Assembly (NCBI GenBank): GCA_964422925.1
Contig: CAYRDC010000006.1
Coordinates: 8,854 to 72,853 of the forward strand
Length of the DNA: 64,000 nucleotides
Origin: an uncultured Chitinophagales bacterium
GTDB taxonomy: Bacteria > Bacteroidota > Bacteroidia > Chitinophagales > S012-47
Direction: 5' to 3'
The notes beneath the pieces were generated by a model. That model saw nothing but the letters and a program-made list of their open reading frames with translations, was not told the DNA's origin and ran no database searches. Both the position numbers and the translations under genes were made by a program. The stretch's first letter is position 1. Every line of letters starts with the position of its first letter. Below, in pieces: positions 34,901 to 41,304 of this stretch.

Positions 34901-36622
34901 TGGGAAGACCAGTCAACCGGGCAAACACACCTGGTGTCCAGCACAGCCGACACCGTGCTTCTGTATCATGTGACTGCCACGGATAGCCTCGGCTGCACAT
35001 CTGCAGATTCCATCAGCATTCACTTTCACAATACCCCGTCAATCGACCTCGGGCCCGACACCGTATTGTGCGATGGTGGTCAAATCCTGCTGGATGCCGG
35101 GCCGGGGTTCAGCCAATACACCTGGCAGGATCAGTCCAGCGGGCAGTTTTTCACAACTACGGCCACTGGCGACACTTCCATCCTGTATTTTGTTACCGCC
35201 ATGGACAGCCTCGGCTGTACCGCTGCCGACAGTATAGAAGTTCACTTCCATCTTCTTACTGCCATTCATCTCGGGAATGATACCCTGCTGTGTGCCGGTG
35301 AACAATTGCTGCTGGATGCCGGGTCGGGGTTTACTTCTTATGTCTGGGAAGACCAGGCCACCGGGCAAACCCATATTGCCTCGGTTACAGGCGATACCAC
35401 CATGGTTTATTTCGTGATAGCCACAGATTCCGTGGGATGCCAGTCATCAGACACCATCCAGGTCAGCTTCCACCAGGCGCCTGTAATTGACCTCGGGCCC
35501 GACACAACAGCCTGTGCATTGGGGCAGCTGGTATTGGACGCGGGGCCCGGGTTTGTATCTTACGTATGGGAGCACCAGTCCACCGGGCAAACGCATACCG
35601 TGTCAGGACAAAACGGCACCACCAGCACTTATTATGTAACCGCACTGGACTCTTTCGGATGCCTGTCCACAGACACCATTACTGTTTCTTACCTGACCGC
35701 TATCCCGATTAACCTGGGCCCGGACACAATCGTTTGCGGAAACGCTCAATTACTGCTCGATGCCGGACCTGGATTTGCTTCCTACATCTGGGAGGATCAA
35801 TCCACCGGGCAAACGCATCTCGCATACGGTCAGCCCGGAACCATTAACACATATTACGTGACCGCCACTACCCAGGACGGATGCGTGTCAACCGATACCA
35901 TTGTGGTGGAATTCATGGATTACTTATCCATTCACCTGGGACCGGACACCACCATTTGTGAGAACACCCACTTCTACCTGAACGCGGGACCCGGGTTTGT
36001 CTCCTATGTCTGGAATGACCAGACCACCGGGCAAAAGCATCTCGTTACAGGTCAGGGGGGAACTACCACTTTCTATTCTGTGCATGCCATCGATCCAAAT
36101 GGCTGCGAGGCATCAGACAGTATCCTGATTCATTTTCTGACAGTGAATGAAGTCGACCTCGGCCCCGATACCACGATTTGCAATAATGCCTCTTTGGTAC
36201 TGGATGCCGGGCCGGGTTACACGGCCTACCATTGGTCAAACGGAAGCCAGGCCCAGACCATCACCTTCCAGGACACGCTGGGCACCTACACCGTGTACGT
36301 GGATGTGATTGACTCCAACGGCTGCGCGTCTTCCGATACCATTGTGATTACGGTTGACCGTTGCATCGGCCTGGAAACCCCTGCCCTGAACCCGCTGCTT
36401 GACATTTATCCGAACCCGGCTGAAAACCTTCTGTACATCCGGACCGGACGGCCCTGCCGGCTGGAGGTCTGCAATGCCCTCGGGGAAACCGTCCTTCCGC
36501 CTGTTGAACTGGCCGCTGGAACCCGCCAGATGGATATTTCAATGCTGCCGGCCGGCATGTACCTGCTCCGGTTCTCCGGCAAACGGTTCAATGCCACGCA
36601 CAAGCTCATCAAGGAAAAATAA
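31901..36622 (+). CDS. 1573-aa secreted repeat protein (putative adhesin) with T9SS type A C-terminal sorting domain
   Basis: Signal peptide. About 7-8 propeller-like ~50-aa repeats (WEKTYGG, WAKTYGG, WSKSYK) lie in aa 20-440. One divergent unit plus 13 regular 74-aa Cys-pair repeats follow. The last ~75 aa (LDIYPNPAENLLYIRT...GMYLLRFSGKRFNATHKLIKEK) form a type A CTD. Confidence 0.9.
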   Translation: MKKIFLILPLLLLPHFLLSQTPFIRIFGGPGTDIGNGVIQAYDGGYWVVGRTNSFGAGGTDIIVLKLNTSGVIEWEKTYGGVNNEGGIYGVFATETQDHGLAVACETKSFNATQNDAYLIKIDSVGNVLWDARYDAGPGTSGGDYFRGIKELSTGELLLTGSINSGVLGLSDALIMKFTASGNLIWKKIIGGIYVDHIYDVIELPNGDYAFFGNTGTWGNGSNNAWVIRTDTSANLGWAKVYAGSGIDNFSEGILTSDGGLLLGGITSSYGSGNFDIYLVKLSIDGTLQWAKTYGGSNLEWLNGLQELPSGGYLLRVYSKSYGPGEDILLISIDTTGNITWSKSYKIIQSGSSGSLVKIKGAIDVTNDGGFIFTGWVIDSSGFGGKDILVFKSDSSAYALCDTVLVTSTTPTVQPINASPSFTNVGAIHDPLTIHTSPTVSDTASCPCFQVSSALISNDTTICQGDSIPLQATGGTTYNWSPASGLSCNTCSNPVASPNVTTTYTVTFDQGQVCESQDSITVFVHVPPSINLGADTTICSYDQLVLDAGTGFSSYLWEDSSTTQTHTVSWSGDTTMMFYVTATDSIGCASADTILVTFDKPPVIDLGPDTLLCAGTQYLLDAGPGFASYVWQDKSSGQTYMASALNDTTILYTVTGKDYIGCISSDSVWITFHKPPVIQLGPDTVICSGAQLLLDAGPGFVSYLWEDQSTGQIHIVSASNDTSLLYYVTGTDSQGCVSSDTIQVGFHVPPAIDLGPDTLLCQADTILLDAGPGFTTYLWEDQSTGQTHLVSSTADTVLLYHVTATDSLGCTSADSISIHFHNTPSIDLGPDTVLCDGGQILLDAGPGFSQYTWQDQSSGQFFTASASGDTTILFYVTATDSLGCTSADSIEVYFHLLTAIHLGNDTLLCAGEQLLLDAGPGFASYVWEDQSTGQTHIASASNDTSLLYYVTGTDTQGCVSSDTIQVGFHVPPAINLGPDTLLCQADTILLDAGPGFTTYLWEDQSTGQTHLVSSTADTVLLYHVTATDSLGCTSADSISIHFHNTPSIDLGPDTVLCDGGQILLDAGPGFSQYTWQDQSSGQFFTTTATGDTSILYFVTAMDSLGCTAADSIEVHFHLLTAIHLGNDTLLCAGEQLLLDAGSGFTSYVWEDQATGQTHIASVTGDTTMVYFVIATDSVGCQSSDTIQVSFHQAPVIDLGPDTTACALGQLVLDAGPGFVSYVWEHQSTGQTHTVSGQNGTTSTYYVTALDSFGCLSTDTITVSYLTAIPINLGPDTIVCGNAQLLLDAGPGFASYIWEDQSTGQTHLAYGQPGTINTYYVTATTQDGCVSTDTIVVEFMDYLSIHLGPDTTICENTHFYLNAGPGFVSYVWNDQTTGQKHLVTGQGGTTTFYSVHAIDPNGCEASDSILIHFLTVNEVDLGPDTTICNNASLVLDAGPGYTAYHWSNGSQAQTITFQDTLGTYTVYVDVIDSNGCASSDTIVITVDRCIGLETPALNPLLDIYPNPAENLLYIRTGRPCRLEVCNALGETVLPPVELAAGTRQMDISMLPAGMYLLRFSGKRFNATHKLIKEK
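33480..36360 (+). repeat. 13 tandem 222-bp (74-codon) coding repeats
   Basis: Each unit reads roughly I-D-L-G-P-D-T-x-x-C-x(4)-L-L-D-A-G-P-G-F-x-S-Y-x-W-E-D-Q-S-T-G-Q-T-H ... Y-Y-V-T-x-T-D-S-x-G-C-x-S-x-D-T-I-x-V-x-F. The period was counted from the translation. Confidence 0.85.
34070..35386 (+). repeat. higher-order 666-bp (three-unit) tandem duplication inside the repeat array
   Basis: 34158-34488 is base-for-base identical to 34824-35154 (331 bp, compared line by line). The flanks diverge gradually. Antisense shadow ORFs 34078-34287 and 34744-34953 are near-identical for the same reason. Confidence 0.9.
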
Positions 36623-36650
36623 GCCGGGCGGGAACCACCCCGTCTGATTC

Positions 36651-38144
36651 TTACTTGTTCAGGAACCGCAGCATTTTGCGGAAGGCTCCGTCCACCACCT
36701 GGTTCACATCTTCCGACACGTTCCAGAAATATATCCCCGGCACGTACAGCAAAAGGATGACCACCGACCGGATGAATATATCGAGAACTACCGGATGGAA
36801 ACGGGGCAAAACAGTGGCAGCTGCAAAAGCGGCCAGGGCCACCAGCAGGGCTTTCAGGGTTCCCGGGCTGAAGGGTTGTATCCGCCACCGGGTCAGGATA
36901 AAAAGAAATTTCACAAGATTAAAGAGGCTGATCGAAAGCGCGGAAGCCATGGCAGCCCCGGTAATGCCCCAGCGCGGGATGAAAAGGTAATTGGTCAGTA
37001 CGGTCACCCCGGCCAGCATCAGCACCGCGTAAAAGTTGAACCGGTAATGCCGGCTGTTCACGATAATTTCACTGTTGTTCCCTGCCATCATATTGACCAG
37101 TTTTCCCAGGGCAATGAATAACACCACGTATTTCCCGGCCATGTATACCGACCCATTGGGAATCAGCGAAAAGATAGCGTCTATATTGCACCAGATGCCC
37201 AGGAAAAACAGCAGCCCGGCCACGGTTTGGTTCAGGGATGCTTTTTGATAGATGGTTCGGATCGTGGCGAGGTCCTGTTTAGCCCAAGCCCGGGCAATCA
37301 GGGGTGTCGTGATCTGGCTGATGGACCTGCGGGGCAGCTCAATGGCCAGGCCCAGGAAAAAAGCCACGCTGTAAATACCGGTTTTAGCCAGTCCGGCCAG
37401 GGCGCTGAGCATTACCGTATCAATGGTGCCCACAATGAAATTGCCGGTGCTGGACAGCATGGAAAACAAACCGAACCACGTCATATCCCTTCGCATGGAC
37501 GGTTTAGCCAATCCACGCGGCCAGGCAAAACGCAAAGGCCGGGAAGCATGGGTATATGCCAGCAGTAATGCCGTAATCAGGCCATAGGCTCCGGCATACA
37601 GCAGCAGCAAGCGGTCAAAGCCGATCAACGAGAAATAGAACAACAGCAGCGCCAGCATGATGAACAGGCGGAGGAAAAACTCCCGGAGCAGGTTGGGCAC
37701 CACAATGCGCAGCAACGTACGGTCATAGGCGGCCAGCACCGCGTTGTACATCATAAAAAAAGTCAGCGGAACCAGCCAGTGATAATATTGCAGGATCAGT
37801 GGAGATTTTTCGCGGAACAGTTCCAGCAGTTCCCCCCGGAACAACCAGAGCAGCCCGAATAAAACGGCAAAGGAAACGAGTGGGACAAACAATACGGTAA
37901 AAAGGAATTTCCTGCCGGCTTCCTGCTCCTGGAAATAGGGATGGAACCGGATAATGATATTGGTCATGCCCATCTGTGCGAAGGGAACCAGGAGGGCGGC
38001 TGTGCTCAACAGGAAGCGCACGAGTCCGAATTGTTCGGGCTTCAGCGCCATGGGCATGAAGATTACCGCGTTCAGGTAACCGAGGGCAACCCCGAGGTAC
38101 AGGATGATGGTTGCAGGAATGGATTGCCGCTTTACAATGCCCAT
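36651..38144 (-). CDS. oligosaccharide flippase (Wzx/MOP-type polysaccharide biosynthesis protein)
   Basis: About 12-14 TM helices. MGIVKRQSIPATIILYLGVALGYLNAVIF is a typical N-terminus. I use the ATG at 38144 rather than the track start at 38207. Confidence 0.8.
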   Translation of the reverse strand: MGIVKRQSIPATIILYLGVALGYLNAVIFMPMALKPEQFGLVRFLLSTAALLVPFAQMGMTNIIIRFHPYFQEQEAGRKFLFTVLFVPLVSFAVLFGLLWLFRGELLELFREKSPLILQYYHWLVPLTFFMMYNAVLAAYDRTLLRIVVPNLLREFFLRLFIMLALLLFYFSLIGFDRLLLLYAGAYGLITALLLAYTHASRPLRFAWPRGLAKPSMRRDMTWFGLFSMLSSTGNFIVGTIDTVMLSALAGLAKTGIYSVAFFLGLAIELPRRSISQITTPLIARAWAKQDLATIRTIYQKASLNQTVAGLLFFLGIWCNIDAIFSLIPNGSVYMAGKYVVLFIALGKLVNMMAGNNSEIIVNSRHYRFNFYAVLMLAGVTVLTNYLFIPRWGITGAAMASALSISLFNLVKFLFILTRWRIQPFSPGTLKALLVALAAFAAATVLPRFHPVVLDIFIRSVVILLLYVPGIYFWNVSEDVNQVVDGAFRKMLRFLNK

Positions 38145-38261
38145 AAGCCAAGGGTATGGCGGCAAATTTACCACAAAAGTGCTGCGGCAGTGGAATGATT
38201 TAAGCACAGCTTTTCATAATCAGCCGGATTTGATTAACATTGTGCAAACACTTTAAGCGGT

Positions 38262-38900
38262 ATGCAACTGCCTGACCTGAACCATGTATTGCTGCTGGCC
38301 CCCCACCCGGATGACGGGGAATTCGGCTGCGGGGCTACCCTGAAAAAGCTTACTGACCAAGGTACAACCGTGCATTACGCAGCCTTTTCGCCCTGCATCA
38401 AATCCCTCCCGGAAGGGCTGCCGGAAGACACTTTGTTTACCGAGCTTAACAAAGCGACCCAATGGCTGGGTATCCCGGAAAAGCAAATCATAACCTATCG
38501 GTTCCCGGTCAGGGAATTCCCCGCCCACCGGCAGGAAATCCTCGAAACCCTGATTAACCTGCGCAAACAGATAAACCCCGGGCTGGTGTTGCTTCCGAAT
38601 ACGAAGGACATCCACCAGGACCACCAGGTGATCAGCCGGGAAGGTATCCGGGCTTTCAAGCAAACCCGGATACTCGGGTATGAATTGCCCTGGAACAGCT
38701 TTACATTTACCAATACCTGCCATTCCGTAGTGGAGCGAAGCCATATCGAAGCCAAAATGGCCGCTCTCAAGGAGTATCATTCCCAGGAGTTCCGGTCATA
38801 CCACGATGAAGAATTCTTTTTCGGCCTGGCCCGTACCCGCGGTACGCAGATCGGGGTGCGCTATGCCGAGGCCTTTGAAGTGATCCGCTGGATTCTTTAG
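38262..38900 (+). CDS. PIG-L/LmbE family deacetylase
   Basis: VLLLAPHPDDGEFGCGATL plus a downstream HQDH motif (DIHQDHQV) form the zinc-site signature of PIG-L deacetylases. Confidence 0.85.
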   Translation: MQLPDLNHVLLLAPHPDDGEFGCGATLKKLTDQGTTVHYAAFSPCIKSLPEGLPEDTLFTELNKATQWLGIPEKQIITYRFPVREFPAHRQEILETLINLRKQINPGLVLLPNTKDIHQDHQVISREGIRAFKQTRILGYELPWNSFTFTNTCHSVVERSHIEAKMAALKEYHSQEFRSYHDEEFFFGLARTRGTQIGVRYAEAFEVIRWIL

Positions 38901-40009
38901 CCCAAAGCGCGAAGCTGATCGCTCACTTCCTTTGTCAATGATCCATGTGCCATATCCTGAATAGCCCAGTTTTCCGGGAAGGAAATCGTATCGCGCAGGC
39001 CCTGTTTGGGATCGATAATGTGGAAGGCCGTACGATTGGTGTCGATGGCCAGAACCAGGGAGCCCAAGGGAATGGCATTCTGAAGCCATTCCATGTCTTG
39101 CAATGCCTCCGGTTTGCCGGGTAAGGCAGAAAAATCATACCGGGTTTCTTCCTGCAAACCCAGCACCATTATTTCTCCGGAAGCCGTGCTGGTGGCCATA
39201 TACCCGTCCAGGTAAACCCGGCCACCGTGGGGATTCTTCAGGCCGGTGATCAGCGGAGTGGCTACTCCGGCCACGGGATTGATACGGTAAACCGCCCCTT
39301 CATGAAAGAAAGTGGCCAGCCAGTAAGCCGGGTCATGCCCGTCATATACCACGGAATTGATAAAAGCCGCCCGCTGGGCCGTGGGAAGAACCTGTTTCTC
39401 CGGTTCCTGGATCAAGCGGCAGGCTATGCCGTCTTCCTCAAACTGTTTTGCCCGGAGCGGATTGCGTGTCAGCTTCAGCGGTTCTCCGGTCTCCGGGTCC
39501 ACAGCCGTGTCGAATCCGTAGTCCCAGGCAAACCATTCGTGCCGAACCGCGTGTTCCACCATCGACCAGTCAAAAATGGCATCAAAACCGGAAGAGGAAA
39601 TGAGAATATGGTGCCCGCCCCGGCTGATGGCCACGGTATGGATATAGCTGAACCAGGGATGTTCTATGGTCTCGGTTCGCTCCCCGTCCAGTACATACAC
39701 CTTGTTTTCCGCGGCCAGGGCCAGCCAGCCTCCCCTGATATCGATACCACGAGGCTCCTGCAGTTTGCAAAGCACTTCCTGCTCCGTGAGCCGGCCGTTT
39801 TCCAGCACCACCCGGGCAATGCCCCCCGTGGCAGTAGGCCTGCGTTCCACGCTCCCCGCCCGACCGGATTTATTGGCCCGGCTGGCCAGGTAACGCTCGC
39901 GGATAGCCTCCAAATCAAAACTCTTTATGGTCAGCATCAGCTCGATGCGGCCGTAAAAGCCGTGCGATTCAAGGAATGTGGCAATATCGATATGCTTGGT
40001 TGAATTCAT
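38897..40009 (-). CDS. hypothetical protein, last gene of the YfhO-GT4 operon
   Basis: 370-aa ORF with ordinary composition. It shares 4-nt start/stop overlaps with the GT4 gene upstream and with the convergent PIG-L gene. The competing + ORF 39227-40003 is R/G/P/H-rich, as shadow ORFs are. Confidence 0.6.
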   Translation of the reverse strand: MNSTKHIDIATFLESHGFYGRIELMLTIKSFDLEAIRERYLASRANKSGRAGSVERRPTATGGIARVVLENGRLTEQEVLCKLQEPRGIDIRGGWLALAAENKVYVLDGERTETIEHPWFSYIHTVAISRGGHHILISSSGFDAIFDWSMVEHAVRHEWFAWDYGFDTAVDPETGEPLKLTRNPLRAKQFEEDGIACRLIQEPEKQVLPTAQRAAFINSVVYDGHDPAYWLATFFHEGAVYRINPVAGVATPLITGLKNPHGGRVYLDGYMATSTASGEIMVLGLQEETRYDFSALPGKPEALQDMEWLQNAIPLGSLVLAIDTNRTAFHIIDPKQGLRDTISFPENWAIQDMAHGSLTKEVSDQLRALG

Positions 40010-41304
40010 CGGGACAGTTTATCCAGTATGCCCGCCAGCTTTCCGGTCATGGCTTTGCGGCTGAATTGCCGGTAGCCTTCCCCTTCATAAGCCGGGACCA
40101 GGCCCCCATTGGCTTTCCAGAGTTCAAAACTACGGAGTATAAATTCCCGGATGGCTTCCCGGCCAAAATAATCCATCATAGGGTCGCAGCCAGCCTGCTC
40201 AAGCAGCCTGGCAGCATCGCCACCCGAAGGGCCGAGGGCCAGTATCCGGCTCCCGGAAGCCATATACTCAAATATTTTTCCGGTCAGAATAAGGTGGTTG
40301 TTTTCCGCTTGCGGCACGATAAACAGCAAGAGATCTGCTGCCTGCATCCGGGCTACCGCTTCCTGGTGCGGCACGAAAGGTTCTGTGACAACATATTTTC
40401 CGAGCCCGGCTGAATTAATGGACTGTAAAATGCCCGGGTCTACGATGCCCGTAAACCGTAGTTCCAGCTTTCCGGCAAACTCCGGATCCTTCTTTGCCAC
40501 CCCGGCCAGGATTTCCCACAACACCGGCACGTCCTGATTCGGTTTGTAATTGCCAGTATAGGTGATCCGGAATTTTTCATGAGGTTTCTTTTCAGGCGGC
40601 TGAAAATCGGCTTCGTCATACCCGTTAAAAATGAGTTCGACCTGCCGGCTCCGCCCATGGAATTCTTCCAGCAGGCCGGGGCTGATGACAGTAACGGCAT
40701 CCGCACCGGCCAACACGCTGTTTTCCAGTCGCTGGTCTTTCGTCCGGGTTCGTTCAGACCGCGGGAAATAGGCATTGTAATACACGGTGGTCCAGGGATC
40801 GCGGAAATCGGCCACCCATGGCATGCCCAGCTTCTTCAGGCGCAGGCCCGCCAGATGGGTGCTGTGGGGCGGCCCGGTGGTGATGACAGCATCCGCCCCG
40901 TTTTCCCGGATAAATCGTTTGGCAGCCCGGTAAGCATAGGGCATCCAACCCTTCCGCGCGTCCGGCACAAAGAAATTCGCACGGATATACCGGGCAAGGT
41001 ATTGCACGGGCGAACGGCTGTCGCGGTAGCCTATCATACCTACCGAAACCGATTTCCCCTTCTTCCCGGTCAGGCGGTTATAGAGTGTGTAGGGTTCAAA
41101 GGTTTTGGTTTTGATCACATTCACCCCTTCGGGGATATCCTCCTCGAGCGTAGGGTCGAGGTAGGGATAAGAGCCCCTTGCCGGAGTGATTACCACGGGT
41201 TCCCAGCCAAACCCGCGCAGGTATTTGCAGAATTTCAGGAATCGCTGCACGCCCGGCCCTCCGGCAGGAGGCCAGTAATATGTCAGGATGAGCACTTTTT
41301 TCAT
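40006..41304 (-). CDS. glycosyltransferase (GT4-like, GT-B fold)
   Basis: MKKVLILTYYWPPAGGPGVQRFLKF is a typical N-terminus. The C-terminal half has LLFIVPQAENNHLILTGKIFEYMASGSRILALGP. It has 4-nt overlaps on both sides. Confidence 0.8.
   Translation of the reverse strand: MKKVLILTYYWPPAGGPGVQRFLKFCKYLRGFGWEPVVITPARGSYPYLDPTLEEDIPEGVNVIKTKTFEPYTLYNRLTGKKGKSVSVGMIGYRDSRSPVQYLARYIRANFFVPDARKGWMPYAYRAAKRFIRENGADAVITTGPPHSTHLAGLRLKKLGMPWVADFRDPWTTVYYNAYFPRSERTRTKDQRLENSVLAGADAVTVISPGLLEEFHGRSRQVELIFNGYDEADFQPPEKKPHEKFRITYTGNYKPNQDVPVLWEILAGVAKKDPEFAGKLELRFTGIVDPGILQSINSAGLGKYVVTEPFVPHQEAVARMQAADLLLFIVPQAENNHLILTGKIFEYMASGSRILALGPSGGDAARLLEQAGCDPMMDYFGREAIREFILRSFELWKANGGLVPAYEGEGYRQFSRKAMTGKLAGILDKLSR

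Noticed and set aside
33480-36360. Regular 222-bp periodicity considered as a possible CRISPR or satellite array.
   Set aside because: The repeats are in frame within one long ORF and encode a conserved protein module. There is no repeat-spacer architecture and there are no cas genes.
39227-40003. 258-aa + ORF competing with the orphan 370-aa minus-strand gene.
   Set aside because: It has shadow-like composition. The minus-strand ORF is longer, has natural composition and is locked into the operon by 4-nt overlaps.
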